Both the position numbers and the translations under genes were made by a program. A stretch of DNA of 64,000 bases from Tubiluchus corallicola (taxonomy: Eukaryota > Animalia > Priapulida). Within the stretch, counting starts at the first letter, position 1. The number at the start of each line of letters is the position of its first letter. Shown piece by piece: positions 25,481 to 40,536 of this stretch. The DNA lies in assembly GCA_030141605.1 (NCBI GenBank), contig JAQGDQ010000568.1:1-64000 (forward strand). The letters are read 5' to 3'. The notes beneath the pieces were generated by a model that was not told the origin of the DNA, did not search any database, and saw nothing but the letters and a program-made list of their open reading frames with translations.

Positions 25481-26704
25481 CTCAGCATACGACCGTTTCA
25501 CTGAGGTCTTTTTGGCAGCTACGTTCAGGTAAATGCTGAAATTTGTTATAGATCTATTGTAATACCGGGTATTATTGTAAAAACACTTTATATGTGTTCT
25601 ATTCAATCGAGTTTATCCATTGTGTGCAAACATTATCTAATTATTCTATTTTGAAAACACATTTATAATTCATTAAGTTTCAAAAATTCTTCGGATCAAA
25701 AAATTGCGTGCCAGTCACACCTTGGTGCACGTACGTACACAAACAAACAATGGTTGTCTTTGACATAAGAAACAGTGTTGCCATTGAGAAGAGACCTAAG
25801 AATGATGATATCTCCCGCTGGTAACTTCTATAGTTTAGAAGTTTAGTAATCTTTCACGCTTTTCAGGGAGTCTAACTCGAACCGACAAAGCGAAGTTGGA
25901 AGAACTGAAATTGTTTGCAAACTGCTTAGCAATCACACTACAGGTACTGAGTAAATAAACAATTTGGTTAGATGTGGGTCCAGGCGGTTTAATTTATACT
26001 GAGAGCATTCTGTTATGAATACAAGAAGCTTTGTTTGCTGTTTATAATCGCAGCGTTTTTAAACAAGCTTTACATGGTGGTAAAATAGCTTAATTTCAGC
26101 TAGAAATGAAATTGCCTGGTTCTTAATTACTATTATCAAAGTTGTTAATTTGATTCATTAATTCTAAGCCATTAGTTTATTAAAAAATACATGATGATTG
26201 TTTGACACAAAAAACTTTCTTACAGTTGAAAAATGTAACTGTTCATACGTGTTAATTATTCTTATCAGATTTGTTAAATTTATTTATTAATTCCTTTTTT
26301 CATTAATTTCGTTCATTGATTCTAAAATATTTTTAAGAAAACGAAATTCGAGTATGATAAAAATTGCCTCGTCACGTACAGCTGTAAATTTACCAACTTT
26401 GCTACCAAAGTTATTTAAATTGGTTTTTGTTAATTTTTTTCACGTTTTTGTGTTGTTACTAAATTTTGAGTTTTTCTAATGTCATTATTCTGTTTTCTCA
26501 CACTAAAGGACGTAACTATGATTAACCTATTTGAAAGTCATTGTTTACATCACTTTGACACATGTATCCGTAGCAAAGAATATTTTCGTAACACACATAC
26601 GCTGTTAGAAGTAATTAACATTTTCCTAATTAATCAAAATTAATTAATTGGTAAATTAGCAGCAGTTGAACTCATTACGTGCTAGAGGTTAATTGACTAT
26701 AAAC

Positions 26705-27752
26705 CCAAATTAACATGTTTATTGAGCGACGATCGTTTCGGCTATTGAAACTTTAACTGAAGCCAAAAAGTAGAATAAATAATACATTAAGGAAACAAAG
26801 ACACAAATTGAAACTAAGTTAAATTCTCATCTAATGTTTTGTAGTTTCAGTTTGTAGCTAAGTTAAATTCTAATTTGTTGTTTTGTAGTTTCAGTTTGTA
26901 GCTAAGTTAAATTCTCATCTGGTGTTTTGTAGTTTCAGTTTGTAGCTAAGTTAAATTCTAATTTGTTGTTTTGTAGTTTCAGTTTGTAACTAAGTTAAAT
27001 TCTAATCTTTTGTTTTGTAGTTTCAGTTTGTAGCTAAGTTAAATTCTAATTTGTTGTTTTGTAGTTTCAGTTTGTAGCTAAGTTAAATTCTCATCTGGTG
27101 TTTTGTAGTTTCAGTTTGTAGCTAAGTTAAATTCTAATCTGTTGTTTTGTAGTTTCAGTTTGTAACTAAGTTAAATTCTAATCTTTTGTTTTGTAGTTTC
27201 AGTTTGTAGCTAAGTTAAATTCTAATTTGTTGTTTTGTAGTTTCAGTTTGTAGCTAAGTTAAATTCTAATTTGTTGTTTTGTAGTTTCAGTTTGTAACTA
27301 AGTTAAATTCTCATCTGGTGTTTTGTAGTTTCAGTTTGTAGCTAAGTTAAACTCTAGTTTGTTGTTTTGTAGTTTCAGTTTATAACTAAGTTAAATTCTA
27401 ATCTGTTGTTTGTAGTTTCAGTTTGTAACTAAGTTAAATTCTCATCTGGTGTTTTGTAGTTTCAGTTTGTAACTAAGTTAAATTCTCATCTGGTGTTTTG
27501 TAGTTTCAGTTTGTAGCTAAGTTAAATTCTCATCTGTTGTTTTGTAGTTTCAGTTTGTAACTAAGTTAAATTCTAATCTGTTGTTTTGTAGTTTCAGTTT
27601 GTAACTAAGTTAAATTCTAATCTTTTGTTTTGTAGTTTCAGTTTGTACCTTTGTATCATTAATGTATTATTTATTCTTCTTTTTGGCTTGATTTATAGTT
27701 TGATAATGGCTTCAATAGCCGAAATGATCATCACTCAATAAACACGTTGATT
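26705..27752. mobile_element. Inverted ~100-bp arms with a hammerhead-like motif enclosing a 44-bp tandem array
   Basis: 26712-26816 is the reverse complement of ~27635-27750. The arms carry GGCT-TCAAT-AGCC-GAAA(C/T)-GATC-(G/A)TC followed by AATAAA. Confidence 0.7.
26812..27647. repeat. 44-bp minisatellite, ~19 copies
   Basis: Unit GTAGTTTCAGTTTGTAGCTAAGTTAAATTCTAATTTGTTGTTTT; starts at 26841 and 26885 give the period. Confidence 0.95.
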
Positions 27753-28724
27753 CCTAGAAGCTGACTCTTTTGTGTATTTAAACATTAATTATTCAAAGCG
27801 GTGAAAATCTAAACATTCGGAAGTAAAAGAAATATTTATTTCAAAGCAATGAAGCATTAGTATATTTATTTCTCAGGAATTTGCCATGAATCCGTCTCGA
27901 TTAAGATTATACAATTCTGTAATGTTGATACCTTGCCGCCATAAGGCGTTGAAATTCTGAAATTCTAATTGTATGAGACGAATCAATAATTATACTTATG
28001 CTGCTCGAAAGAAGCGATGTTTATGTTTATTATTCAAACACCCAATGAATGCATACGAATGACTAAACATCTGTTTTTAACAGCATATTAATTTCATACT
28101 GTGCTATGTATTAATTTATCAATTTTATGTACGAAAAATCACTTAAGTTTTTGTTATTTTCTAGTACGTAGTTGAGGACAAGGTTTGGATACTGCAGGAG
28201 TTCTGTGAGAGAGATTACAAATACCAGTCTATAATAATCGCCCCCGTAAAACTTACAAACTTTGCAGCCCAGGCAGAAAGAGCCGTTTATCGACCGCCAA
28301 ACCTTATAATATGCTTATAATAATGCCTCTTTCTCCTAAAGATGGCGGGTGGTCTCTAAACACTGAGCTTAAAACGCTAATCGTTAGGCGTAAAACGTTA
28401 AATATTTTACAACACTACTGTGCCGTTTCGGCCCAGTAACACACGGTAGATTTAGCAGGCAAAATAAGCCAGCACTGCTTGCCTACACCCCTGTACTTGA
28501 ATTCTGGTGAAAATAGACCTAATTATCCCCTGTACTTCTATTGATGTATGTTCTGGGAGGGTGGTCCATGCACACCTCCAAGATGAAATCCTAAGCTTGC
28601 ATCAAATCCGCATTCAAGACATTCTAGCGGAAAAGACGCTTTTTGCGATTATATTCCACCAAACAAAGCAAAGCTGTGCAAATCAAAGCTGTAATAACCG
28701 TAATAAGAACAAGTAAGTGAGCCT

Positions 28725-29608
<884 letters not shown>

Positions 29609-30967
29609 CCCGTCCCTTTCCGCCCCATTCCACGTATTCTGTATTCATCCGCTGTCAAACGGTTTCATAGTACGGTGGCACAGAGTAGTGACGTCACTAC
29701 TAATAAAAGAAAAAATCTAATGTAACTAATGTAAAAATCTATTATGCATCTTGTGGTGTTACACCTACATGGCAGAATATAAACAGCGGAAGAAATACAA
29801 GATTTTTTACTCTAACGGCACATGGTAGGTGGCAGCACGGACACCACCATTGTGCAATTAGTCAATTACGTCAGATTTGATTAATCAGGAAGATTCCGGA
29901 AAACTGGAGACAGAATACTGAGAACTACAGCTGCTGACAACCTATACAGGTCCTACACTCGCGCCGTGCATATATCGTTAAAATGACAAAATCTTTATGC
30001 TGTTTTTTCTTAGATCATTCAAAATCGCCATGTTAGCTACTTCAAGTAAATTTAAAGTACATTGAACTATTTATTAACTGCAGAGGTCCCTTTGTAACAT
30101 ACAACTTGTATACTGGTGTAATATAGGCCCACAGTAAGCAGCAGTTCAATGATATTATGCCGACTTTTCTAAAAACACGATTAGATCTTGCTCGGAGATT
30201 TGCTCAAAAATTTTCTAAGACATAGACAAAAACGAATTTGGCCAATTTTGGGCCCAAACCAGCCAGTCTGCGTTCATATTTTTCCAGAAAAAAACATTGT
30301 CGTTTACCTGTTTCGAGGCTGTTTATTAACGTTTTACAAAAATAGAATCTTTTCTATTTTTCTAGATACTTGTTTGCATACTGTATGCTTGTAAATATGC
30401 TTGTAAATATGTAAGTTAAAAATATGATTTTACTGCCGTATTTCGCAGGTCGTACAATAGGCACACTGACTTTCCACGCAGATTTAATCATAGGACTACA
30501 TCAATATAGTTTTTTCAATAACCTGTTACATATAATGCAATAACTATCTATGGGTTTTGATAATTACGTAGGGAACAGCAAGATATTTTAGTTATGACTT
30601 TTATAATTAAAAATGACTGCAGTTTCAATTCTGTTTAGAAGAACGTTTTGCTTTTCCAATGGATACCAGTTCATTAATATCCAATTAATTTCTTAACAAT
30701 CTGTTGTTAATTTTCTTTTTATCCAATTCTAAATATTGCCTCCATAATTGTTCACTTATAATTAAGCATTGGTACATTGTAAAGTACCGTATAAAGTAAA
30801 AATAATGCTTTGTGTGTGAAAAATCATACAACTGTGAAAAATTTTATCTCGTGTGCTAGGCTTATAGGGTCAAGTTTTCATCATGTTTTTCAGTTATACG
30901 TTTTTAAAGCAAAGAATAAGTCAGTTAGCATGTTGGATTTGTTTCACTGTTATCACTCAAATTTAGA

Positions 30968-31282
30968 AAAATACAACAAAGAAATTTGCAAAAAACTGTC
31001 TGTAAAGCGTAAAGTTAATTTATAAGCTTGCTAGCGCTGTATAGAAATTTTCTGGCGCTGTTGTAGCCGCCATTCACTTGAAAATTATGACGAAACTGGT
31101 GGATTTCACGACTTTTCGTAAGCCTGCCTACTTAAACTAATCCAAACTTCTGCATCTTGCCTAATGTTCATGCAAAAATATCGCAAAATTAGCTATTTTT
31201 TAAAAAAAGCTATTACTTTTGATGAAAATTGTCAGTGCACTGTTATTGTTCAGCCCATGAACGACGTCGTTGGTGGAAGAAT
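30968..31282 (+). repeat. Interspersed repeat, copy of 12575-12862
   Basis: Direct sequence match to 12575-12862. Confidence 0.85.
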
Positions 31283-33117
31283 TTTGGATCATAATGGAAC
31301 CGAAGGCGATTTTAGTAAATACACGAGGCGCTTTTATTATCACACTTTTATTACCAAATCATTCTAACTTTTTTTCGCGAACATTGAACTCACAATTGAA
31401 ATAAGCCTAACCTCCCAGAAGGCTAGGCTTTTCCTTTAATATAGCACTTAACCGGTAACAGCAACGTACGTAAAATATATAAACTGCATCACGGTGTTTC
31501 TTCGGTGAGTGACCGCACGCAGCTACATCGGCAGATGCAATCACAACTACATGCATAGATAGTCAGATTTGCAAAGTTTGCAATTACTTACTGCACAATA
31601 GTACCGGAATAGAGACAACAAAGTGTCTTATTTGCACATCAGACTGCTCTTACGCGTAGTGTATAATTATCACTAATTATTGAGGAACATTTGTGTGTTT
31701 GCAGGCGTAATAGTGAGAGTAAATTATCTGGTAAACTTACCACCTACGAACTAGATAATTTTAAGTAGATGCTGTTGAAAACGCTTAATTTTACCATAGG
31801 AAACATAAAATCAAGCCCGCGCGGGTTTTTCGGCACCATGTCGAAAATGTTTAATTTTATTATGACAAATAGTTGATTTTTATTTTTCAAAAATATTTTA
31901 TTTGATTTTAACGATTTAATTGAAAAAAATGTAAAAAATCAATAATTATCAATAATTATGCGCATATTTTAATTACTTGCTCTTGCTTTCGATATAAAAG
32001 TAAAATTACATACATGTAATTTTACATACCTGCAACTCTAAGACAGTTATTATTGATTGTATCAATTCATTTCCCTAAAATAAACAGTTTACTGCACGAT
32101 AAATGCACGAAACTGTAAACAAACACTACACTGAGCTGCATGGGCGCAGTATAATAGTATGTCTAAAGTCTTTTTGTATTAGACTTAACGTGGCTAAAAA
32201 TTTTCTGAAGCAGCACCCCCCCTGATTTTAGTTACGAGCCGCCTCTGATTATATTGGTTAAATTTTATCAGATTGCGTAACTGGTGCTTACATTGTGTTT
32301 AGTTTAATGTGGTAGAAAAATTTTACGTAAGAAGCTAGTGAGTGGATGCCATTGTGTCTATGTGACTTGGACTTGCGATTGTAACATTATAAAAATTGAA
32401 AAGAGAAAAAATTGTGACAAAAAAGAATTGATTAAGAAAGCAGAAAGACAAACAAAACACAGTGCATGGATTATTACAAAAAACGATACTCTGGCAGAAA
32501 GAAGAGACCTGATGGCAGTCGCCCTTTCACTACAAAGTAAAATAAGCAGCGTGTTACAAGTTACAGAGTAAGCAACCATTCCGTGACAACCGAAAATAAA
32601 CAAGCGAAGAACACAATAATAAATAAACTCAAGCAACACGACTAAATATCAAAGTGTTTCTCTCAGCTGTCTGCTCATCTCAGATTTGTCCCATTCTGGC
32701 TAATCAGCATTCCCTATCTGTTTCCCGAACATGGAGGATTATCGATTATAACTTATTTCTAAACACTGAGCTGATTATTTACAGAAAACAGAACCGGATA
32801 GCGGCTCTCTCTGCCGCCATTTTTTGCCCCTTTTTTCGGCCAAACTCGCAGCTGGGTCGTATAAATCACGGGTGCTAGTGTTACTCGGATTGTTGCTGGG
32901 ATACTTACGAAAACAGTTCACAAATATTTGTATAATCCTCGTCTATTAAATGATCGTGCCGCAAAACCGTTTTGCAATCATAAATCATAACCATCGTCAA
33001 CAGAGGAGCCACGTGAGGGATCCTTGGTGAGATGGTTTAGATTGTGTTAGTGGCTTCATCTAAGATGCACAAATTTTAGTGCGGCTTGCCTATAATGTGG
33101 CTTCTTTTGCAATATAA

Positions 33118-33675
33118 TTAAAGCAAAACCGGACCCAATCTTAAACTGTAGGTCAAAACAATCTACTCGTCAAAAGGAAACATACCATTTCTCAAAAATG
33201 ACTTACGTGAAAAAATTATTACCACACGTACGCAATTTCACGTTCGTGCCTCTAGTTCTTCGCTGTTACATATATTTCACCATTCTCTAGTTTGACGGGC
33301 ACTAGCGCTTGCATTTCGGAAACGCATTGCACAAAAGAACAGGTGCTGTACCTTTCAGTTCAGATGTGTTCGACAGCTCATGATGAGCACAGTGGTAAAT
33401 TTGAAATTTGCCTAGTGTTAGTACAACAAACTGAATACCTTACAGTAGCACTGTTCTTCAATTTTCTTTTTCGCAAGCACGCGCAATAAGTTCGTGGATT
33501 GCTATTGATAATTATGTTAGTTTGTGATGTCATCAATAGTTTAGCTCGCCGGCCTTTAATTAAGTTTTTGATCCATTATTTAATTATCAGAAACGCTTTG
33601 CAGTATTAATTATTGTTAAAATGTATACTTTTTATCGGACTTGAAAATGGGGTATAATACGAAAAACCATCCTGT
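33118..33675 (-). mobile_element. Kolobok/T2-like MITE family A
   Basis: TTAA|AGCAAAACCGGACCCAATCTT start; collinear with 62066-62655. Confidence 0.85.
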
Positions 33676-33689
33676 CGGAGAGTTTGCAA

Positions 33690-33903
33690 TAACTTGCCGA
33701 CAGTAACTCCACACGTGCGAGATTGCTGTCAGTGAGCTAGTGTGAACATCTCGGTGAGTTACTCTCGACACTTCCCACATTGAATAGACACGTCAGCTCG
33801 CGCTTGCTATCACAGAGTAACTCGCAGCAAGTTTTGCTCTGCAGTCTGAACACGCGTGCGAGTAACTTGGCGAGAAAACTCGCTAGTCTGAACGCGCCAT
33901 TAG
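33690..33903. mobile_element. Copy of the 530-709 element end
   Basis: Direct similarity to 530-709. Confidence 0.65.
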
Positions 33904-34521
33904 ACAACATGGCAACCCTAACAAATTTTTAACTACACCGTGCAGCCCGTCAAAAACCTAACATTTAGTGGGTGGTCACCATTACGCGTTCTGCCAGCGA
34001 AACTGAATTAAGTTTAAGGATTAGAGATCATCTTTTTAAAAACATCGTCCCTCATTTGCTGTCGAGACGCAAAAACGATACCCGAGTGCTCCCCAGGCGA
34101 TGAGAGGGAATACCCTTACCAGCACACCGGCGTAACGCTAACCTCATATTGTGACTGCGCGTAATACGGGCCGATGCGCAAGTGTCTGTTAAACTAAATA
34201 AACTACGTTAAATACCCGAGCTCTGATCTGCGAGATTTGGTAAACGAATCTTATCAGAAAGAAAAATATTGCTCCGCCAAGGGGAAACACTCTCTGCAGG
34301 CCACCTCCTCCTGACTCGCTACACTTGCAGATTATAAACATCCGTAAAGCACAACAGGTTTAAAGTCTTGGAGAAGCCTAGTTAGGCAAGAAGTGACTGG
34401 ACACCAGGCACTATAATGTTAATATTGGTGTTGCGTATGTTCATCGCCAGACCTACAGCTTGCAGCTGCACATGTAATATGCGTTGTGTTGTTTAACGTG
34501 ACACTTGCAACTGACACAGGA

Positions 34522-36150
<1,629 letters not shown>

Positions 36151-39100
36151 CATTGTTTGTTTTCTTTAAAGACACTATTATAACCATCATAACGTAAGCA
36201 CTAGAAACAGAAAATTATTGTTAATTTATACATGCACTGTTCTGGAGAAATGCTTGAGCTTCAAGCTGTAAGTTCCAATAAACTTCAAGGCAGTAAAATG
36301 CAATAAAATAAACTACATACAAATTATTACAGTAAATTATTTTCAGTTAGAGAACAAATAAATGTCTTTTTTTATAAAATAACGAAAAGGCATAACTGCG
36401 CACATCTCCTGACGCCAAAAACAAATTATTTAGAACTGCTTTAAACACAACAAAAGACATGCTAAACACATTATTAAACCTCACAGTTATGCGGTCATAA
36501 AGAGTTTAGAATGACGAGAGCTCGTACGACAAAGTGTATTTAACGGGATCTCCATGCAAGGAATAACAGAAATTTTGCGTTGAAACGCCGCGTCCAGTAC
36601 AAAAGAAATGCTCTGCATTCTTTCCATAGTATTATTTGTGTGGACTGCTTGTGGAGCGACTTTGCCTTTTGCTGTCAATGGTTTAGACCAAAATGCTGAA
36701 CAAACTAGAAATATTGAATAGTATTGCTCACACTTGTGTTTGGATATAATGTACTTTTAAATTCCACATGATGGAAGAAAATTGATTCTTGCATAGCTTT
36801 ACAAGTTTATTAGTAGTAGACCTTGCCATTTTTCTAACTTCGGTAAGTTTTTGTTATCCGTCTTAGTGTCAAACTTAGATTCGAACATTAGTCCCCCTGT
36901 CACTGGTAGATACGCAAGTAAGCAAAGTGCATTTGTTACCTAATCCCAAGCGTGTGTAGCCTTCACAGTTTTGTAAGAAGCCCTGTCGTATCACATTCCT
37001 ACAGGGCAACTTCCAAGGAGAGAGACTAACACAGTTTTGTGTAGTTAGTAAACAAGCTATGTTGTTTTCTTAAACAGCGACAAACACTGTCGGACCGAGT
37101 GAACTGCCTTGCCTGCTACCGTAATAAATCACGAGCACTTTTATGAATCGCGCACATGCCGCGGTGTTGTTTTTTCATTCGCCTGGTCGCTCAGGCCGTA
37201 ATTCTCAAGATCCTTGTCAATTCTACGCTCAGATTAGCTGACATTTGGAGTGTTTAGGCAAATGTAACGAAAATGTTGAACGACTTAAGATGTATTTGTT
37301 GGATATCGCTGCGTGTGGCTGGATTTTACTGTTAGGATTATGGGTTTTCGGTTCACGGGCGGACGTAGGACAGGGCTGCAAACTTTAAACAAAAATTGTA
37401 TGAAAATATGAATGTAATGTTGTGACACCGTTAGCATATTTTAATAACTGTTCAATATAACTTGCTTACTTTACCTACAGAATTATAATGTAAATGGTAA
37501 AACTTATAATGAATTAATGCCAATACTTGAAATTATGCTCCTCAAATATCAATAATGTATGCTTTTATCTTTAGAATTTGTCTTTCATATTATCAAAACC
37601 AGTTGTTGTAAGGTACTTGTGCAGGGCATAATTAGAATATGGACAAATTGTTTCACCAACCGTTTTTGCCTCCCAAATAGTGAACAGGCTTGCATTATTT
37701 GCTCAAGTTATTATCAGTTTTAAATTAACTTTATTTCGGCAACATGAAACAATAAATGTTTCAAAACAGCAGAGACTCCCATTGACTCAAATTTGATAAT
37801 GATCAACATGGCTGCGTTATCTGCGAAAAAATTCGTTATTTGTTTTACAAAATCGCGTTTCTTTGTGTCGGCGCTACCGATAATTATATAAGTAAACAAA
37901 TTCGTTTGATTTCGGTGAAATAAACTTCTCCAAACTTGTTGGTTGATCTCAATTTTGAGCTTAAGTTAGTCTGGCGCGGAGAAATAGGAAGCATTAAAAT
38001 CCATGATTATACAGCAAACACATGTAAAAAAGTCATAACATGTCTTTTACATTTTAAATAATATAGAAAACAGAGCTATTCGATACAGCAGTTAAAAAAG
38101 AGCAATCGCACATGTCTCAAAAGCATAGAGAACTTAAAATAGCAATAAAAAAATACACAATAAAGATACACAAAAGAACTTTCGTTTTCCTTATGTATTT
38201 GTTTATTTACTTGCATAATCTTTTGCATAAAGTACATGATAAAATATGTAAAAAATCTCTTCTAAATAGTTTTATACACAAGACGGAAATACAACTAGAC
38301 GGCCATGGCGCTTACTTACAATGGTTAAAAATTGTTAAAATCCACTTACGTGCTTTGCTAAAAACAAAAATATAGAAGAACTTGACTTGAAATATTGATA
38401 GGAATAGAATACTAAAATTTCAGTTTGAAATAAATACCAAAACAACCAGATAAGTAAAGAAATTAAAACCGTGAAAGGTAAAAGATTTACTGTTTTTAGC
38501 TCAGCACTGAGTAATACTAAGTAATTACGCTACATATAGGTTATGTTAGATTGGATGCACTAATTATGTCTGCCAGAAAATATGTACTCGCATATATTAT
38601 TATTGTGAATTGTTTTATTAGTTGAATTGTTAAAAATTATCTCTTGTTATTCCTTTGCCAACTTCTCTGAGAAAAGCATTTCAAGGGTAATTTCTTAAAG
38701 ACACATGCGAAATTTTAAAAAAGGGCGTCTTTTATAGGTTAGAAAACCACACGCAAAATTTTCAAAAAAGAAAATCGTGTTTTAGTACAAATTTATGGGT
38801 TGGACAACCAAAATGCTATGTTATTATGATGTATATTCTGGGCAGAAATGATAATACACTTTTGAGATACAAAACAAACTTATAATATGTTATTTAGTTT
38901 TTCATTTCGTGTTTTCGTGTTGCTAGGATTATTTTATTTGAGTTAAATGTGCACTCTGCTGTCAGCACAATTAAAGCGAAAGTTTTATCACTTTAAATTG
39001 ATGATCTTGAAGACGGTATTCACCGACACTATGCAAAGACGGGGGGGGGGTCAGCTAGGGCTCTCATTTTACACGGATCTTCTCAGGAACGATTCTGAGG

Positions 39101-39805
39101 TAGCGTTTTTAACATAATTGTGATTTGTCATTTTTAACATAAAAATCGTTGAATGCCCTTTATAGTCTCACGATGATTATTTATTTGTTTATGGAACTTT
39201 CACCCTAACGGGCCTCATCAGCTGAAATATTACAGATAAAATGTTGAAATAGTATATACCAGTGTGAAGCAAGAACAAGTAAATTAACGATTAAAAGTAA
39301 CAAGAACAAGAACAATTAAAAATAAAAAATAGTGGCTAGCCATCATATCTAAAATGTAACAAGTTAGAGAAAGAATAAAAAATGACTGCATAGAAAGAAA
39401 AAACAAGCACTATACAATTGGTCTTCCCAGAATAAAAGCTCAAATGAGGGCAATAAAAATAACACGAATAAATTGACATTCGTGAATAGACTGTGCTGCT
39501 AATCTGAGCGTGAGGTGTGTAAAATTTGGCAGTTTATTAACGTGTTTTATGTTAATCTCAATAAACGTCTATAAATGCAAATTAATACGTATGATGCAAT
39601 GAAATAAAAAAGATGGTTGCAAAGCTAGCAGTTTAAAGGTAGTTTTAATTTTCTATCATTTGTTTTGATTGAAATTTCTTTGTGTTTCATATTAGTAGTC
39701 ACAATACATTTACAATTCCTAGCTTCATAATTTCTTTATTTATATTTTTTGCGTCTTATCAATGTATAATGTAAGTAATCTTTCCTTATACATTGATAAG
39801 ATGCA

Positions 39806-39862
39806 AATAATAATAATAATAATGATGATGATGATGATGATAATAATAATAATAAAAATAAA

Positions 39863-39957
<95 letters not shown>
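39806..39957. repeat. (AAT)n/(GAT)n microsatellite
   Basis: Read directly. Confidence 0.97.
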
Positions 39958-40146
39958 GTAAAATAAAATGTACACGGGAAATAAGTGTCTAAAAAATAAA
40001 GGACATTAACCCCCGATTCTACACCGTCTTTCGATAAGTTGAAAACTTTTTTATGTTTTTACCGGGCTGTCTAATTTTCGTTGTACATGACATATGTTTT
40101 GTGAGTTGTGAACCGATTGTGCGTGTGAGAGACATTCGGACTCCTC

Positions 40147-40536
40147 GGAAATGCGTTGCACAAAAACAGGTGCCGTACCTTTCAGTTTAGATGCGTTCAG
40201 TTGTGACGTAGTGCACGCGTTCGGGAGCTCAGGATTGAGCACAGAAGTGTAAACTTCTATTTTAAATATTAAATTTGCCGAAGGGTTGTGTCCCACACTG
40301 AATGTTGTGCACTATTACTGTATTTCAACGCGATACTGAGGATTATAAACAACGCTCATGGAATGTTTGTGCTGCTCAAAGTTGAGTTCAGTTTTGCTGT
40401 CATCATTAGTTGGGCTTGCGTGCCGTTAATTAAATCTTTAACTACTTATCAGAAACGCTATTGTAGGTGCCAAAATGTATATTTTCCGTATTTCAAAATG
40501 GGATTGGATATGAAAAATCATCATGTCTTCTTTTAA
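40147..40536 (-). mobile_element. MITE family A, partial copy
   Basis: AAAAACAGGTGCCGTACCTTTCAGTT...GAAAAATCATCATGTCTTCTT|TTAA. Confidence 0.75.

Noticed and set aside
28415-28445. Minus-strand GGGCCGAAACGGC as another hammerhead (also CTGATGAAGACC at ~22315-22327, minus strand)
   Set aside because: Only half of the catalytic core is present in each case.
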